A DNA stretch of 64,000 nucleotides. Source: Alphaproteobacteria bacterium. GTDB taxonomy: Bacteria > Pseudomonadota > Alphaproteobacteria > UBA7985. Numbering within the stretch: position 1 is the first letter of the stretch; each line of letters opens with the position of its first letter. Below are positions 50,977 through 60,424 of this stretch, one piece after another. The stretch is taken from positions 63,961-127,960 of the forward strand of contig CBFIBS010000001.1 in the NCBI GenBank assembly GCA_965660945.1, written 5' to 3'. Position numbers and translations under genes: made by a program. The notes beneath the pieces are model-generated. The model was given only the letters and a program-made list of their open reading frames with translations, was not told the origin of the DNA and did not search any database.

Positions 50977-51969
50977 TCAGGTCATGAGCACGATTTTCCC
51001 CGCATCCACGCGGCCGGCGAGCAGGTCGTCGAAGGCCCCTGCCCCCTCACTCAGCGGACGCTGATCGACCCAATCGAAGCTACCGAACTTGCCGTCGAAA
51101 ATTGCCTGCGCGGTGTCGCGGAAGTCCTTCGCGCTGTAGGTATAGGTGCCGATGAAGCTGATTTCCTGCAGCGTCATCCGCCGGACATCGAGACCGCCTT
51201 CGTTATCCCCCAGACCGATGTGGGCAATGACCCCGCCGGGCCGGACGATGGTCGAGGCAATCTTTCGCGTTGGCGCGATCCCGACCGCGTCGACCACCAG
51301 ATGCGGCAGGGAGCCGCTGGTGTCCTCGAAGCTGGCCTGAAAATCGAACTGCGGCAGCGCCCGTCGCATTCTGTCGCGACGCGCCGCGTTGGTTTCCAGA
51401 ACCGTAATCCGGCTCACCCCCTGAATGGACAGGCTCAGCGCCGCACTGAGGCCGATGGCCCCGCCCCCCAGCACCACGGCCTCGATCCGCTCTGCGGGCT
51501 CCGGGGCCTGCTTCAGGGACAGTCGCACCGCGTGCCAGCCGCAAGCCATGGGCTCTGCCAGCGCAGCCTGCCACAGCGGCACGCCGTCGGGCACGGTGAC
51601 GAGGTTGCTCAGCGGCATGCTGATGCGCTCGGCAAAGCTACCCTCACGCGGGGGCATCGAGATGATCTGGCGCTCCTGGCACAGATTTTCCCGGTCGCTG
51701 CGGCAGAATTCACAGGTACCACAGCTGACCAGCGGGTTGATGGTGACACGGCGCCCGGCATCCGGGCCCAATGCAACCACGCCAGCGGCCTCGTGACCGA
51801 GGATCAGCGGCGCAGGACGGCGCGGATCGTGTCCGAGAAAAGCGTGCATGTCCGAGCCGCAGATCCCGGAGCAATCCAGATCGATCAGCACGTCGGTGCC
51901 CTGGGCCACCGGATCGGGAACGTCGCGGTAGTCGAGCTGCTTCGGTCCAGTGTAAACGAGCGCCTTCAT
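50977..51969 (-). CDS. Zn-dependent alcohol dehydrogenase (MDR family; HpsP-like candidate)
   Basis: GHEAAG, structural zinc Cys cluster CGTCEFC and a Rossmann GGGAIG. Confidence 0.8.
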   Translation of the reverse strand: MKALVYTGPKQLDYRDVPDPVAQGTDVLIDLDCSGICGSDMHAFLGHDPRRPAPLILGHEAAGVVALGPDAGRRVTINPLVSCGTCEFCRSDRENLCQERQIISMPPREGSFAERISMPLSNLVTVPDGVPLWQAALAEPMACGWHAVRLSLKQAPEPAERIEAVVLGGGAIGLSAALSLSIQGVSRITVLETNAARRDRMRRALPQFDFQASFEDTSGSLPHLVVDAVGIAPTRKIASTIVRPGGVIAHIGLGDNEGGLDVRRMTLQEISFIGTYTYSAKDFRDTAQAIFDGKFGSFDWVDQRPLSEGAGAFDDLLAGRVDAGKIVLMT

Positions 51970-52733
51970 TTGGCCGTGAACCCTCCATCAACGAACAGAA
52001 CCTGCCCGGTCACGTAGTCACTGGCCGAAGAGCACAGGAACCGCAACGGACCGGCGAGGTCTTCCATGGTGCCGTTTCGGCCGATGCAAGTCTGTTCCGC
52101 CAGCGCCTGTGTCTTGGCTTCATCGGCGAACACGGGGCCGGTCAATTCGGTTGGAAAGAAGCCCGGCGCCAGTGCGTTGCACAGCACCCCGCGCGCCGAC
52201 CAAGCCTCGGCCATGGCACGGGTCATCTGCTCGACCCCACCCTTGGATGCGCCATAGCTGATCCCGTTGGCAAAGGCCCGGCGGGACTGCAGCGAGGCGA
52301 AATTGACGATCCGGCCCCAGTTGCGCGCCGCCATGCCGTCGACCAGTTTCTGAGCGAGAAAGAACGGCACACTGAGGTTGAGGGTCAGGGTCTGGGACCA
52401 ATCTTCTGACGCCACGTCATCGGCGTGGACGCGCGTGTTGACCCCCGCGGCATTGATTAGGATATCCGGCGCGCCAAAGGGCTGCGCTACGGCCCGGGCC
52501 ACGGCTGTGCAGTCGCCTTCGGTCAGCAGGTCGGCGACGTGGACGGCGGTTTCCCCGTCGGTGTTCTCGGACCAGTCACGCAGTTGGTCCTCCCGTCGCG
52601 CAACCCCAACAACGCGGGCACCCGCCTGCGCAAGGATGGTGGCGCTGGCGCGGCCCAGCCCGCTGCTGGCGCCGGTCACGCAGGCGACCTTCCCAGCCAG
52701 CGAAAACAGCAGTTCGCTCGGCGCGAGGGCCAC
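51966..52733 (-). CDS. SDR-family oxidoreductase (HpsO-like candidate)
   Basis: TGASSGLG, NAAG, YGASK. Confidence 0.8.
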   Translation of the reverse strand: MALAPSELLFSLAGKVACVTGASSGLGRASATILAQAGARVVGVARREDQLRDWSENTDGETAVHVADLLTEGDCTAVARAVAQPFGAPDILINAAGVNTRVHADDVASEDWSQTLTLNLSVPFFLAQKLVDGMAARNWGRIVNFASLQSRRAFANGISYGASKGGVEQMTRAMAEAWSARGVLCNALAPGFFPTELTGPVFADEAKTQALAEQTCIGRNGTMEDLAGPLRFLCSSASDYVTGQVLFVDGGFTAK

Positions 52734-54047
52734 TCAGTCCTCGCTTTCAGCGCTGAGGTCGAAATTCTCACCGGGGAAATACTTGGCCAGCCGCACGTCA
52801 GCAGCCCGGGCATGACCCTCCATGCCTTCCAGCCGGGAGATGCGGGCTGTTGCCTGCCCCACCCCGCGCATGCCCTCACGGGTTGCGCGCTGCCACGTGA
52901 CAATCTTCATGAACTTATGCACTGAGAGGCCGCCAGTATACTTGGCAGCGCCGTTGGTCGGCAGCACGTGGTTCGGACCAGAGGCCTTGTCGCCAAAGGA
53001 TACGGTGGTTTCTTCGCCGAGGAACAGCGAGCCGTAGTTGCGAAGCCGCTGCAGCCACCAGTCCAGATCAGCCGCTTGTACGGTCAGGTGTTCGGGGGCG
53101 TAGCCATCGGAGACCGAGGCCATTTCCTCCCGATCCGAGCACAGCACCACTTCGGCGTAATCCCGCCAGGCTGCGGCCGCGTTCTCTCCGTTCTGCCCGG
53201 GCAGGTCTGCGATCAGCTCCGGCACGCGGGCGGTCACCGCGTGGGCAAGCTTCTCGTCGTTGGTGACCAACCACACCGGGGAGTTGTAGCCGTGCTCGGC
53301 CTGGCTCACCAGATCGACGGCAACGATCTCGGGGTCGGCGTCGCCGTCGGCGAGAATCAGGCTGTCGGTCGGACCGGCAAACATGTCGATCCCGACACGA
53401 CCGAAGAGGATGCGCTTGGCTTCAGCCACGAACTGATTACCCGGGCCGACGAGGATGTCTGCCTGGGGCAGATCGAACAGCCCGAAGGCCATCGACGCAA
53501 TGCCCTGCACCCCGCCCATGGCGAGGATCTGATTGGCGCCGCAGACCTTGGCCGCGTGCACGATCGCTGGGGCAATGCCGACGTCCTTGCGCGGAGGCGA
53601 GCAGGCGGTGATGTGCTGAACGCCGGCAACCCGTGCTGTGGTCACGGTCATGATCGCGCTGGCAATATGGCTGTAGCGGCCGCCGGGGATATAGCACCCT
53701 GCCGAGGAGACGGGGATCAGGCGCTGACCGGCCACCAGACCGGGGACAACCTCCATCTCGATATCCTGGATGGTATCTCGCTGACGCTCGGCGAAGCGGC
53801 GGACGTTGTCGTGGGCGAAGGCAATGTCGTCCTTGAGCTTCTGGCTCACCTGTGCCGAGGCAGCCTCGATATCCTCCTCGCTGAGCAGCAACGGGCCCTG
53901 GTACTGGTCGAAGCGCGCAGCGTAGGCGCGCGCGACGTCTTCGCCCCCGGCCTCGATCTCATCGAGGATTTTCTTGACGGTACCGCCGACTGACTCAGCT
54001 TCGGCCGAAGCCGTTTTGGCCGCACGTTTGAGGAAAACTACAGGCAC
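52734..54047 (-). CDS. histidinol-dehydrogenase-family paralog (HpsN-like sulfopropanediol dehydrogenase candidate)
   Basis: HisD-family motifs (SQAEHG, Zn ligands). Encoded next to a TRAP transporter rather than his genes. Confidence 0.8.
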   Translation of the reverse strand: MPVVFLKRAAKTASAEAESVGGTVKKILDEIEAGGEDVARAYAARFDQYQGPLLLSEEDIEAASAQVSQKLKDDIAFAHDNVRRFAERQRDTIQDIEMEVVPGLVAGQRLIPVSSAGCYIPGGRYSHIASAIMTVTTARVAGVQHITACSPPRKDVGIAPAIVHAAKVCGANQILAMGGVQGIASMAFGLFDLPQADILVGPGNQFVAEAKRILFGRVGIDMFAGPTDSLILADGDADPEIVAVDLVSQAEHGYNSPVWLVTNDEKLAHAVTARVPELIADLPGQNGENAAAAWRDYAEVVLCSDREEMASVSDGYAPEHLTVQAADLDWWLQRLRNYGSLFLGEETTVSFGDKASGPNHVLPTNGAAKYTGGLSVHKFMKIVTWQRATREGMRGVGQATARISRLEGMEGHARAADVRLAKYFPGENFDLSAESED

Positions 54048-54057
54048 AGCCTGCCTC

Positions 54058-55398
54058 CTATTTATAAATTTCCGGTAACAGGAAGGTGGACACCTGCGGG
54101 ACGAACGCGATCAGCAGCACGACAAGCAGCATGAAGAAAACGAAAGGTACAGCCCGTGCGGCAATTTTGAGCACGGACTCCCCTGTCAGACCGCTGACCA
54201 CGAACAGGTTGAGGCCAAGCGGTGGTGTGATAAAGCCAACCCCGAGCGCGGTGATCATCATCACGCAGAACTGAATTTCGTTCATCTCGATATTGTCAGC
54301 CAGCGGCTTCAGGATCGGCGCCAGAATCACGATGTTCGGCGTGGTCTCCATCACACAGCCCGCTGCAACCAGAATCCCGATCATCAGAATGATCAGCAAA
54401 TAGGGATTATCGGTCAGCGAGGTCACGCCGTAGACGAAGCCCTGCGGCACCCCCATGGCGGCGAGAGTCTGGGCCAGCGGCAGCGAAAACGCGATGATGG
54501 GCAGGATGACGCCGTTTACTTTGGCCGAGCTGATCAGCATGCTCGGAAAGTCTGAAAACCGCAGCGTCCCCATCATGAAGCCCATGATGATGGTTACGAC
54601 CACGGCCGTGGCCCCGGCCTCGGTGGGTGTAAACCGCCCTGAAAAAATGCCAACGAAGATGATCCCCGGCACGAGGAAGGCGTACCAACCCTGGCGCACG
54701 GCGATCCCGAGCTGCATCAACCATTCGCGGAAGCTGATCTGGTTACCGCTCTCGTAGGCCATGCGGCGGTTGACGATGATATTTGTAACGAGGATCGACG
54801 TCAGAATAAGCAGCCCGGGGATCAGCGCAGCCTGGAACAGCGTGGAGGCAGAAATCCCCAGCACAAGACCAATGACGATATAGGCGATCGACGGCGGGAT
54901 CAGGATGCCGGTACAGGCACCGGCCGCAACCAGCGCACAGGCGTAGGGACGCGGATAACCACTCTCGACCAGCCGGTCGATGGTCATGCGCCCGACGGCA
55001 GCAGCCCCGGCAGCGTCCGAGCCGGAAATCGCCGAAAACATGCCGCAGACGAGCACCGTCGCCGAGCCAAAACCGCCCCGTGTCCAGTTGGTCAGCGCCT
55101 CGGCCACATTGAGGAACTTTCGGCTCAGACCGGTGCGCACAAGCACATCCCCGGTCAGAATGAACAGCGGTATCGCGGTCAACGCGAAGGCATCGATCCC
55201 GTCAAACAGGGATTCGCCCAGCAGCGACAGCGGCAGCACGTCGCTCATCACCATCAGCGCGACCGCGCTCGAGCCGATTGCAGCCCAGATCGGAACGCCC
55301 AGCGCGCACAGCGCGACGAACAGAATTACCGGAATATAGAATGACCAGCCAAGCTCAACGCCTTGCTGGAGAGTTTGCCACAGCACGCTGAACCTCAA
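54058..55398 (-). CDS. dctM: TRAP transporter large permease subunit
   Basis: 446-aa polytopic DctM-family protein. Confidence 0.85.
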   Translation of the reverse strand: MRFSVLWQTLQQGVELGWSFYIPVILFVALCALGVPIWAAIGSSAVALMVMSDVLPLSLLGESLFDGIDAFALTAIPLFILTGDVLVRTGLSRKFLNVAEALTNWTRGGFGSATVLVCGMFSAISGSDAAGAAAVGRMTIDRLVESGYPRPYACALVAAGACTGILIPPSIAYIVIGLVLGISASTLFQAALIPGLLILTSILVTNIIVNRRMAYESGNQISFREWLMQLGIAVRQGWYAFLVPGIIFVGIFSGRFTPTEAGATAVVVTIIMGFMMGTLRFSDFPSMLISSAKVNGVILPIIAFSLPLAQTLAAMGVPQGFVYGVTSLTDNPYLLIILMIGILVAAGCVMETTPNIVILAPILKPLADNIEMNEIQFCVMMITALGVGFITPPLGLNLFVVSGLTGESVLKIAARAVPFVFFMLLVVLLIAFVPQVSTFLLPEIYK

Positions 55399-55910
55399 TC
55401 AAACAGTTTATTGCCCTCAAAGGGCGGGCGGCCGTGGATCAGGTCACGCGCATCGCGCACCAACGACTGAGCCAGCCGCAGGAGCACGAGCGCGAAGCCG
55501 ATCGGAACCGCCATCAGAAACCAGAACTTGGGCAGGCGCAGCCCATCGGTCACCGATCCAAATTTCAGACTCACCTGTACCGTTTCCCACGACCAGTACA
55601 GCGCCAGGACCGCGACAAAGACCATCACAAGATCACCGAAGATATAGAGCAGTGATTTGATCCGCTGCGGCACAAAGTGAAAGAGGACGTCGATGCGAAT
55701 GTGGGCCCGCTCCCGCACCGCAGCCGCCGCCGCGATCCACGCGAGGTAGATGAAGGCGTAGCGCACGATTTCCTCGCCCCATACGGAGCTGTAGGAAAAC
55801 ACTTCGCGACGCAGCACTTCCACCGCCATCGTAACGACCAGAATGACGTAGAACGCCAGCAGCGCCCACTTTTCCAGATCGCGGTTCAGAACACCGAAAC
55901 CGTTCCGCAC
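55395..55910 (-). CDS. dctQ: TRAP transporter small permease subunit
   Basis: 172-aa, 4-TM DctQ-like product from a GTG start at 55910 with a GGAGGAG RBS. The long Arg/Pro-rich upstream extension in the ORF track was rejected. Confidence 0.7.
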   Translation of the reverse strand: MRNGFGVLNRDLEKWALLAFYVILVVTMAVEVLRREVFSYSSVWGEEIVRYAFIYLAWIAAAAAVRERAHIRIDVLFHFVPQRIKSLLYIFGDLVMVFVAVLALYWSWETVQVSLKFGSVTDGLRLPKFWFLMAVPIGFALVLLRLAQSLVRDARDLIHGRPPFEGNKLFD

Positions 55911-56037
55911 GCCATCTCCTCCCCAAAAACACCGACAGGACCGACGCAGTCCCCTGACTGGCCGACCCTGTCGTAACGGCGTCCCTGATGAGGGCTCGGG
56001 CTCACGCACCGAGCCAGAGCCCCTGGGACTGAACGCC

Positions 56038-57192
56038 TTAGGCGTCGTGGACGTAGTAACGACCGCGGGTGTTGGCACCCTCTTCGAGCTTGGAGAAGGC
56101 ATCCATCGAGCCAGCAAGATCGACCTTGAACTCGTCCCACTCGCTGCGCTGGTAGCCACCGGCTGCCTGCCACTCTGCCAGCTGATCCTGCGACAGGCTG
56201 TGGAATTCCACGCCCGACTTGGCCAGCTCAGACATGGCATAGGACCGTGCTGCAGGCACTTTGGCAAGGTTCTGCTGCGAGGTGACTTCAGAGGCAAATT
56301 CGATGCCTTCCTGCACGTCACCCGGCAGGCTGTTGAACCACTCGAGGTTACAGCTGAACACCTGGCTGTCCGGAACAGCCTGAGTGAAGGTTACGTGGCT
56401 GAGGATATCCTTGAAGCCGAACACGTAAAGTGCGCCGACCGCTGGATCCAGAGCGTCTGCCACACCCTGCTTAATGGCAGAAGGCGTCTCGCCCCAGGCA
56501 ACCGGCGTCGGGTTTGCGCCGACCAAACGGTAGTACTGCTGCAGCATCTTCGAGCCTGGTACGCGGAACTTCACGCCAGCCAGATCGGACGGGGAGAGAA
56601 CAGCACCGGCGCCGCCCTTACGAACCGCGACAACCCGGGGGTCGATCACGACGTAGAACAGCGGCTTGAAGCCCTTGGCCTCAACCTTCGGGTGGACGTT
56701 GCTGATCCACGCATCGGAGTTCACCAAATTGGTGAAGCGCTGGTTCGCACCACAGAAGTAAGGCAGGTTGATCAGGTCAACCGCAGGCGCGAAGGGAGCA
56801 AAGTTGGACAGCGAGTGCTGTGCCGCCTGAATGGTACCGCTCTGCACCTTCTGCACCAGTGCACCACCGGCACCAAGCTGACCGCCCGGCGCGAGCTTCA
56901 CGTAGACCTTGCCGTTGGTGGCGTTCTGGATATTTTCCTTCAGGTCCAGCTGCATAATAGGATAACTGCGCGATGCGCCCAGAACGTAAGCGGTCGCAAT
57001 CAGCATGGTGTGATCAGCAGCAGCTTCGCGCTCACGCTCTTCAGCGGCGGTCTGCGCTACGGCCTCTTCCGACCACAGCGTGCCTGCGGCACCGGCAACC
57101 ATAGCCGCGGTGAAACCACCGGCAGCTGTGAGCTTGAGGAAATTACGGCGGGATGCCGACTCCAGCTCAGTCATTGTGTCATTCTTTTTCAT
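56038..57192 (-). CDS. dctP: TRAP transporter substrate-binding protein with Tat signal
   Basis: Twin-arginine signal SRRNFLKLTAAGG and a DctP fold. Start at Met8 with a GGGAGGG RBS. Confidence 0.8.
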   Translation of the reverse strand: MKKNDTMTELESASRRNFLKLTAAGGFTAAMVAGAAGTLWSEEAVAQTAAEEREREAAADHTMLIATAYVLGASRSYPIMQLDLKENIQNATNGKVYVKLAPGGQLGAGGALVQKVQSGTIQAAQHSLSNFAPFAPAVDLINLPYFCGANQRFTNLVNSDAWISNVHPKVEAKGFKPLFYVVIDPRVVAVRKGGAGAVLSPSDLAGVKFRVPGSKMLQQYYRLVGANPTPVAWGETPSAIKQGVADALDPAVGALYVFGFKDILSHVTFTQAVPDSQVFSCNLEWFNSLPGDVQEGIEFASEVTSQQNLAKVPAARSYAMSELAKSGVEFHSLSQDQLAEWQAAGGYQRSEWDEFKVDLAGSMDAFSKLEEGANTRGRYYVHDA

Positions 57193-57230
57193 CAGTTGAC
57201 CCTCCCAAGTCATAGATTTGCGGAGCGCTT

Positions 57231-57425
57231 TCAGTCGCGATGACGCATTGCTTCAAAAAACAAGGTCGAGGCAACGAACAGAACGCACGCCAGCACCAGC
57301 ACCAGCATCTCGCCTACATCGCTGAGCCAGACCGCGCCGAAGAAGGCACCGGACGCAATGCTGGCAAAGAAAAAGGCGAAGATGGCCAAAGCCGCCAATA
57401 GCGAAGAAACAGCCCAAATTTTCAT
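57231..57425 (-). CDS. small hydrophobic protein (64 aa, 2 TM) upstream of dctP
   Basis: ATG 4 nt after GGGAGG. Two hydrophobic helices. Stop lies 38 nt before the dctP start. Confidence 0.35.
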   Translation of the reverse strand: MKIWAVSSLLAALAIFAFFFASIASGAFFGAVWLSDVGEMLVLVLACVLFVASTLFFEAMRHRD

Positions 57426-57501
57426 ACTGCCTCCCTACGTTACCTTCATGAAAGCCCGCTCCCACCGAGCTGTCTCACCCAGCAACTATGTCAGGTTTTG
57501 T

Positions 57502-57516
57502 GCGCTTTGCAAGCGC
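57502..57516. promoter_or_regulatory. perfect palindrome GCGCTTTGCAAGCGC in the divergent promoter region between the TRAP operon and the LacI regulator
   Basis: 6-3-6 inverted repeat, followed by two CCCGCAAG direct repeats (57539-57546 and 57570-57577). Confidence 0.3.
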
Positions 57517-57678
57517 TTACATTTTGTAGTGACTGTAACCCGCAAGATCGGAGTTACCCGTACCATTATCCCGCAAGTTTGCACTTTGAGTAACTTTGAT
57601 GCATCAAAAATAGGGTTAAGCCACTTTCTTCGGGCTTATCCGGAACCAGCGCTTTGCGCAGCCGGCACCGGAGCAGAA

Positions 57679-58695
57679 ATGAACGGAAACGCACCAACTC
57701 TTGACGATGTCGCCCGGGCGGCTGGTGTATCCGCGGCGACGATTTCCCGGTGCATCAACTCGCCTGATCGCGTCGCTGAAAGCACCCGGCGACGGGTGCA
57801 GGACGCAATCGACCAGCTGGGCTACACCCCCAACTTTGGCGGACGGGCTCTGGCGACGCGTCGCACAAACATCGTGGGTGCCGTCATTCCGTCCATGGCC
57901 AACGCCATCTTCGCCGAGGGCATCCAGGCGTTTCAGGAGGAGCTGTCGCGGGAAAAGGTGACCCTGCTGATCGGCTCATCCAACTACGACCCCGACTATG
58001 AGTTTGAGCAGATCCAGACGCTGATTTCTCACGGCGCCGACGGTCTGTTGCTGGTGGGCAGCAATCGGCCTGAACGCACCCAGCGCTTCCTTGACGCCCG
58101 GCGGATACCGACCCTCAACGTCTGGTGCTATCAGCCCGGTTCTGACCAGCTGTTCGTCGGGTTCGATAACTGCCGTGCGGGTGCTGACATCGCGCACCTC
58201 GTAATCGAATCCGGGCACCGCAACCTCGCGATCGTCTCGGGGATCTGTGAAGGTAACGACCGGGCCGCTGATCGCCTCGCAGGGATGAAGCAGGCCATTG
58301 GTGCTAAGGGTATTGACCTGTCACAGGTGACGGTCCTGCAGACCAAGTACAGCTTCGAACACGCGGCCCGCGCTTTTGACACCATCATCGCACAATCGCC
58401 CCGGCCGACGGCGATCCTTGCGGGCAACGACGTGCTGGCGGTCGGCCTGATCGAGCGCGCGCGCAGCCTCGGCTTCTCTGTCCCCGGCGATCTGTCGGTC
58501 ACTGGTTTCGACGATATTTCCGTGGCGCAGTTTGTGGAGCCTGGGCTGACGACGGTTCGGGTGCCTCAGGTGCAGATGGGTCAGCGCGCAGCCGAGGAAC
58601 TGCTCGCTGAAATCCGACATCCCGGCTCGGGCAAGAGCGTGGAAATGCTGACCCACATCATCCGACGCGGCTCTCTGGGTCCGCCCTCGGCCTGA
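57679..58695 (+). CDS. LacI-family transcriptional regulator
   Basis: HTH LDDVARAAGVSAATISRCIN plus a PBP-like effector domain. GGAG RBS. Divergent from the TRAP operon. Confidence 0.8.
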   Translation: MNGNAPTLDDVARAAGVSAATISRCINSPDRVAESTRRRVQDAIDQLGYTPNFGGRALATRRTNIVGAVIPSMANAIFAEGIQAFQEELSREKVTLLIGSSNYDPDYEFEQIQTLISHGADGLLLVGSNRPERTQRFLDARRIPTLNVWCYQPGSDQLFVGFDNCRAGADIAHLVIESGHRNLAIVSGICEGNDRAADRLAGMKQAIGAKGIDLSQVTVLQTKYSFEHAARAFDTIIAQSPRPTAILAGNDVLAVGLIERARSLGFSVPGDLSVTGFDDISVAQFVEPGLTTVRVPQVQMGQRAAEELLAEIRHPGSGKSVEMLTHIIRRGSLGPPSA

Positions 58696-58704
58696 GTTGA
58701 AGGC

Positions 58705-59862
58705 TCAGGCGTCGGCCGTGGCCGCCTCTGCGCCTGCGATGATGGCATCCGGGCCGATATCCGCGATCCGCGTCTGTCCGACCATGGCCATGCCGACCGA
58801 CAACTCCGTTTTCACGCTGTCCCAGTACTCCCGCAGACCCTGTTCCCGTCGCGCAGCGATGGAGAACTGTAGCGGTCGGCCGAAGAAGGCAAAGTCGGCG
58901 CCCAGCGCCAGCACCTTGAGCACGTCCTCACCCGAGCGCAGTCCACTATCGTAGAACACCGGGAAATCCGGCCCCAGCGCAGCACGGACAGACGTAAGCG
59001 CGTGTATCGGGCTAAGCCCGCTGTCCAGTTGCCGACCGCCGTGGCTGGACACCTGAATGGCGTCGGCGCCCCGCTCCCGCAGGTCGAGCGCATCCGCCGG
59101 ATTGAGCACGCCCTTGACCACCAGATTGCCCGGCCACGTCTCCCGCAGCCGATCGAAAAAGGCCCAGTCGGCGCCTGCGCGGCTTTCGGTGCGATCGAAA
59201 ACGTGCCCGGCCAGGGCATCGGCGCTGGTGAAGTTGCCCAGCGCCGGCGACCCGTGCATCAGCGTGGTCAGCGACCAGCGCGGGTGCAGGGCAAAATCGG
59301 TAAACGCCCGCGCACCGATCCGGAATGGCATGCCAAAACCCTGCTTGACCTCCCGAGGCCGGCGGCCGACTTCCGGGACGTCTACGGTGAGCACGAGGGT
59401 CTGGTAGCCCGCTACCCGCGCCCGCTCCACCAGACGCAGCGTGCCGGAGCCATCACCGCTGTAGTAGAGCTGGAACCAGGCCCGGCCCTCAGAGAGCGTC
59501 AGCATCTCTTCGAGCGAGCTGGAAGCCACGGTGGAAACGCCGAGCGGAATGTTCTCGGCAGCGGCAAGCCGAGCCAGCATACGGTCCGCACCAGGCCAGG
59601 CGAGGTTGCACATGCCCATGGGGGCCACGCCAAAGGGCAGATCGTAGTCCTGCCCGAATATTTGCGTGGCGAGGCTGCGCTCCCGCACGTCCCGCAGGAT
59701 CCGGGGCTGAAGGCGGATGGCGCGGAGTGAGCGGCGATTGTCGGCCTCCCCGTCCCCCTGCCCTGCGGCGCCATCGATATAGTCAAAAATCAGCCGCGGC
59801 AGAGCCTGCCGCGCCCGGGCCCGCGCGTCGGCAGCATCGGTAACGGGGCTTTCGGGCAGCAC
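58705..59862 (-). CDS. FMN-dependent alpha-hydroxy-acid dehydrogenase (L-lactate dehydrogenase / glycolate oxidase family; SlcD-like sulfolactate dehydrogenase candidate)
   Basis: FMN_dh TIM-barrel motifs (SSHGGRQLD, catalytic His/Arg). Directly precedes comDE. Confidence 0.8.
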   Translation of the reverse strand: MLPESPVTDAADARARARQALPRLIFDYIDGAAGQGDGEADNRRSLRAIRLQPRILRDVRERSLATQIFGQDYDLPFGVAPMGMCNLAWPGADRMLARLAAAENIPLGVSTVASSSLEEMLTLSEGRAWFQLYYSGDGSGTLRLVERARVAGYQTLVLTVDVPEVGRRPREVKQGFGMPFRIGARAFTDFALHPRWSLTTLMHGSPALGNFTSADALAGHVFDRTESRAGADWAFFDRLRETWPGNLVVKGVLNPADALDLRERGADAIQVSSHGGRQLDSGLSPIHALTSVRAALGPDFPVFYDSGLRSGEDVLKVLALGADFAFFGRPLQFSIAARREQGLREYWDSVKTELSVGMAMVGQTRIADIGPDAIIAGAEAATADA

Positions 59863-59867
59863 GAAGA

Positions 59868-60422
59868 CTAGGCCTTTACCGCGTCCATGAACCGGTCGCG
59901 GATGCTCACCGGATCGCGGGTGATCACCGGAACCTTGACGTTCCCGGATTCAACCTTCGAGACGATAATGGTCATCTTGTCCCCTGCCAGAGCCGACTTG
60001 ACTGCCGCAGAGGTATCTGCGCCGGAGCATTCGACCACGTTCTCGCAGCCGCAGGCCCGCGCAACCTCAGTCAGAGACGTCTTCATCCCGGCATAGGTCG
60101 GCTGGTCACCCGTGGAGCCATAGGAGCCATTGTCGACGATCAGCAGCACGTAGTTGTCCGCGACATTGTTGGCGATGGTCGGCAGCGTGCCGAGGTTGGT
60201 CAGCACAGAACCGTCGCCGTCGATGACCACGACCTTCTTGTCCTGCGCCAGCGCCAGCCCCAGCCCGATCGACGAGGCCAGACCCATGGTGCCCAGCATG
60301 TAAAAGTTGGTCTCCCGGTCATCGATCATGTGCATTTCCTGGCTTGGGAGGCCGATGTTGCAGACAACGAGGTGATCGGCGATGACCGGTGCCAGTTCGC
60401 GAAGCAGTTCAGAGCGGATCAT
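59868..60422 (-). CDS. comE: sulfopyruvate decarboxylase beta subunit (TPP-binding C-terminal domain)
   Basis: TPP-binding GDG...N motif (VIDGDGS...NLG) in a 184-aa product. Confidence 0.75.
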   Translation of the reverse strand: MIRSELLRELAPVIADHLVVCNIGLPSQEMHMIDDRETNFYMLGTMGLASSIGLGLALAQDKKVVVIDGDGSVLTNLGTLPTIANNVADNYVLLIVDNGSYGSTGDQPTYAGMKTSLTEVARACGCENVVECSGADTSAAVKSALAGDKMTIIVSKVESGNVKVPVITRDPVSIRDRFMDAVKA

Positions 60423-60424
60423 GG

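Noticed and set aside
55395-56321. 308-aa version of the dctQ ORF
   Set aside because: The upstream 137 residues are Ser/Pro/Arg-rich and overlap the dctP 3' end. A GTG start with a GGAGGAG RBS at 55910 yields a typical 172-aa DctQ.
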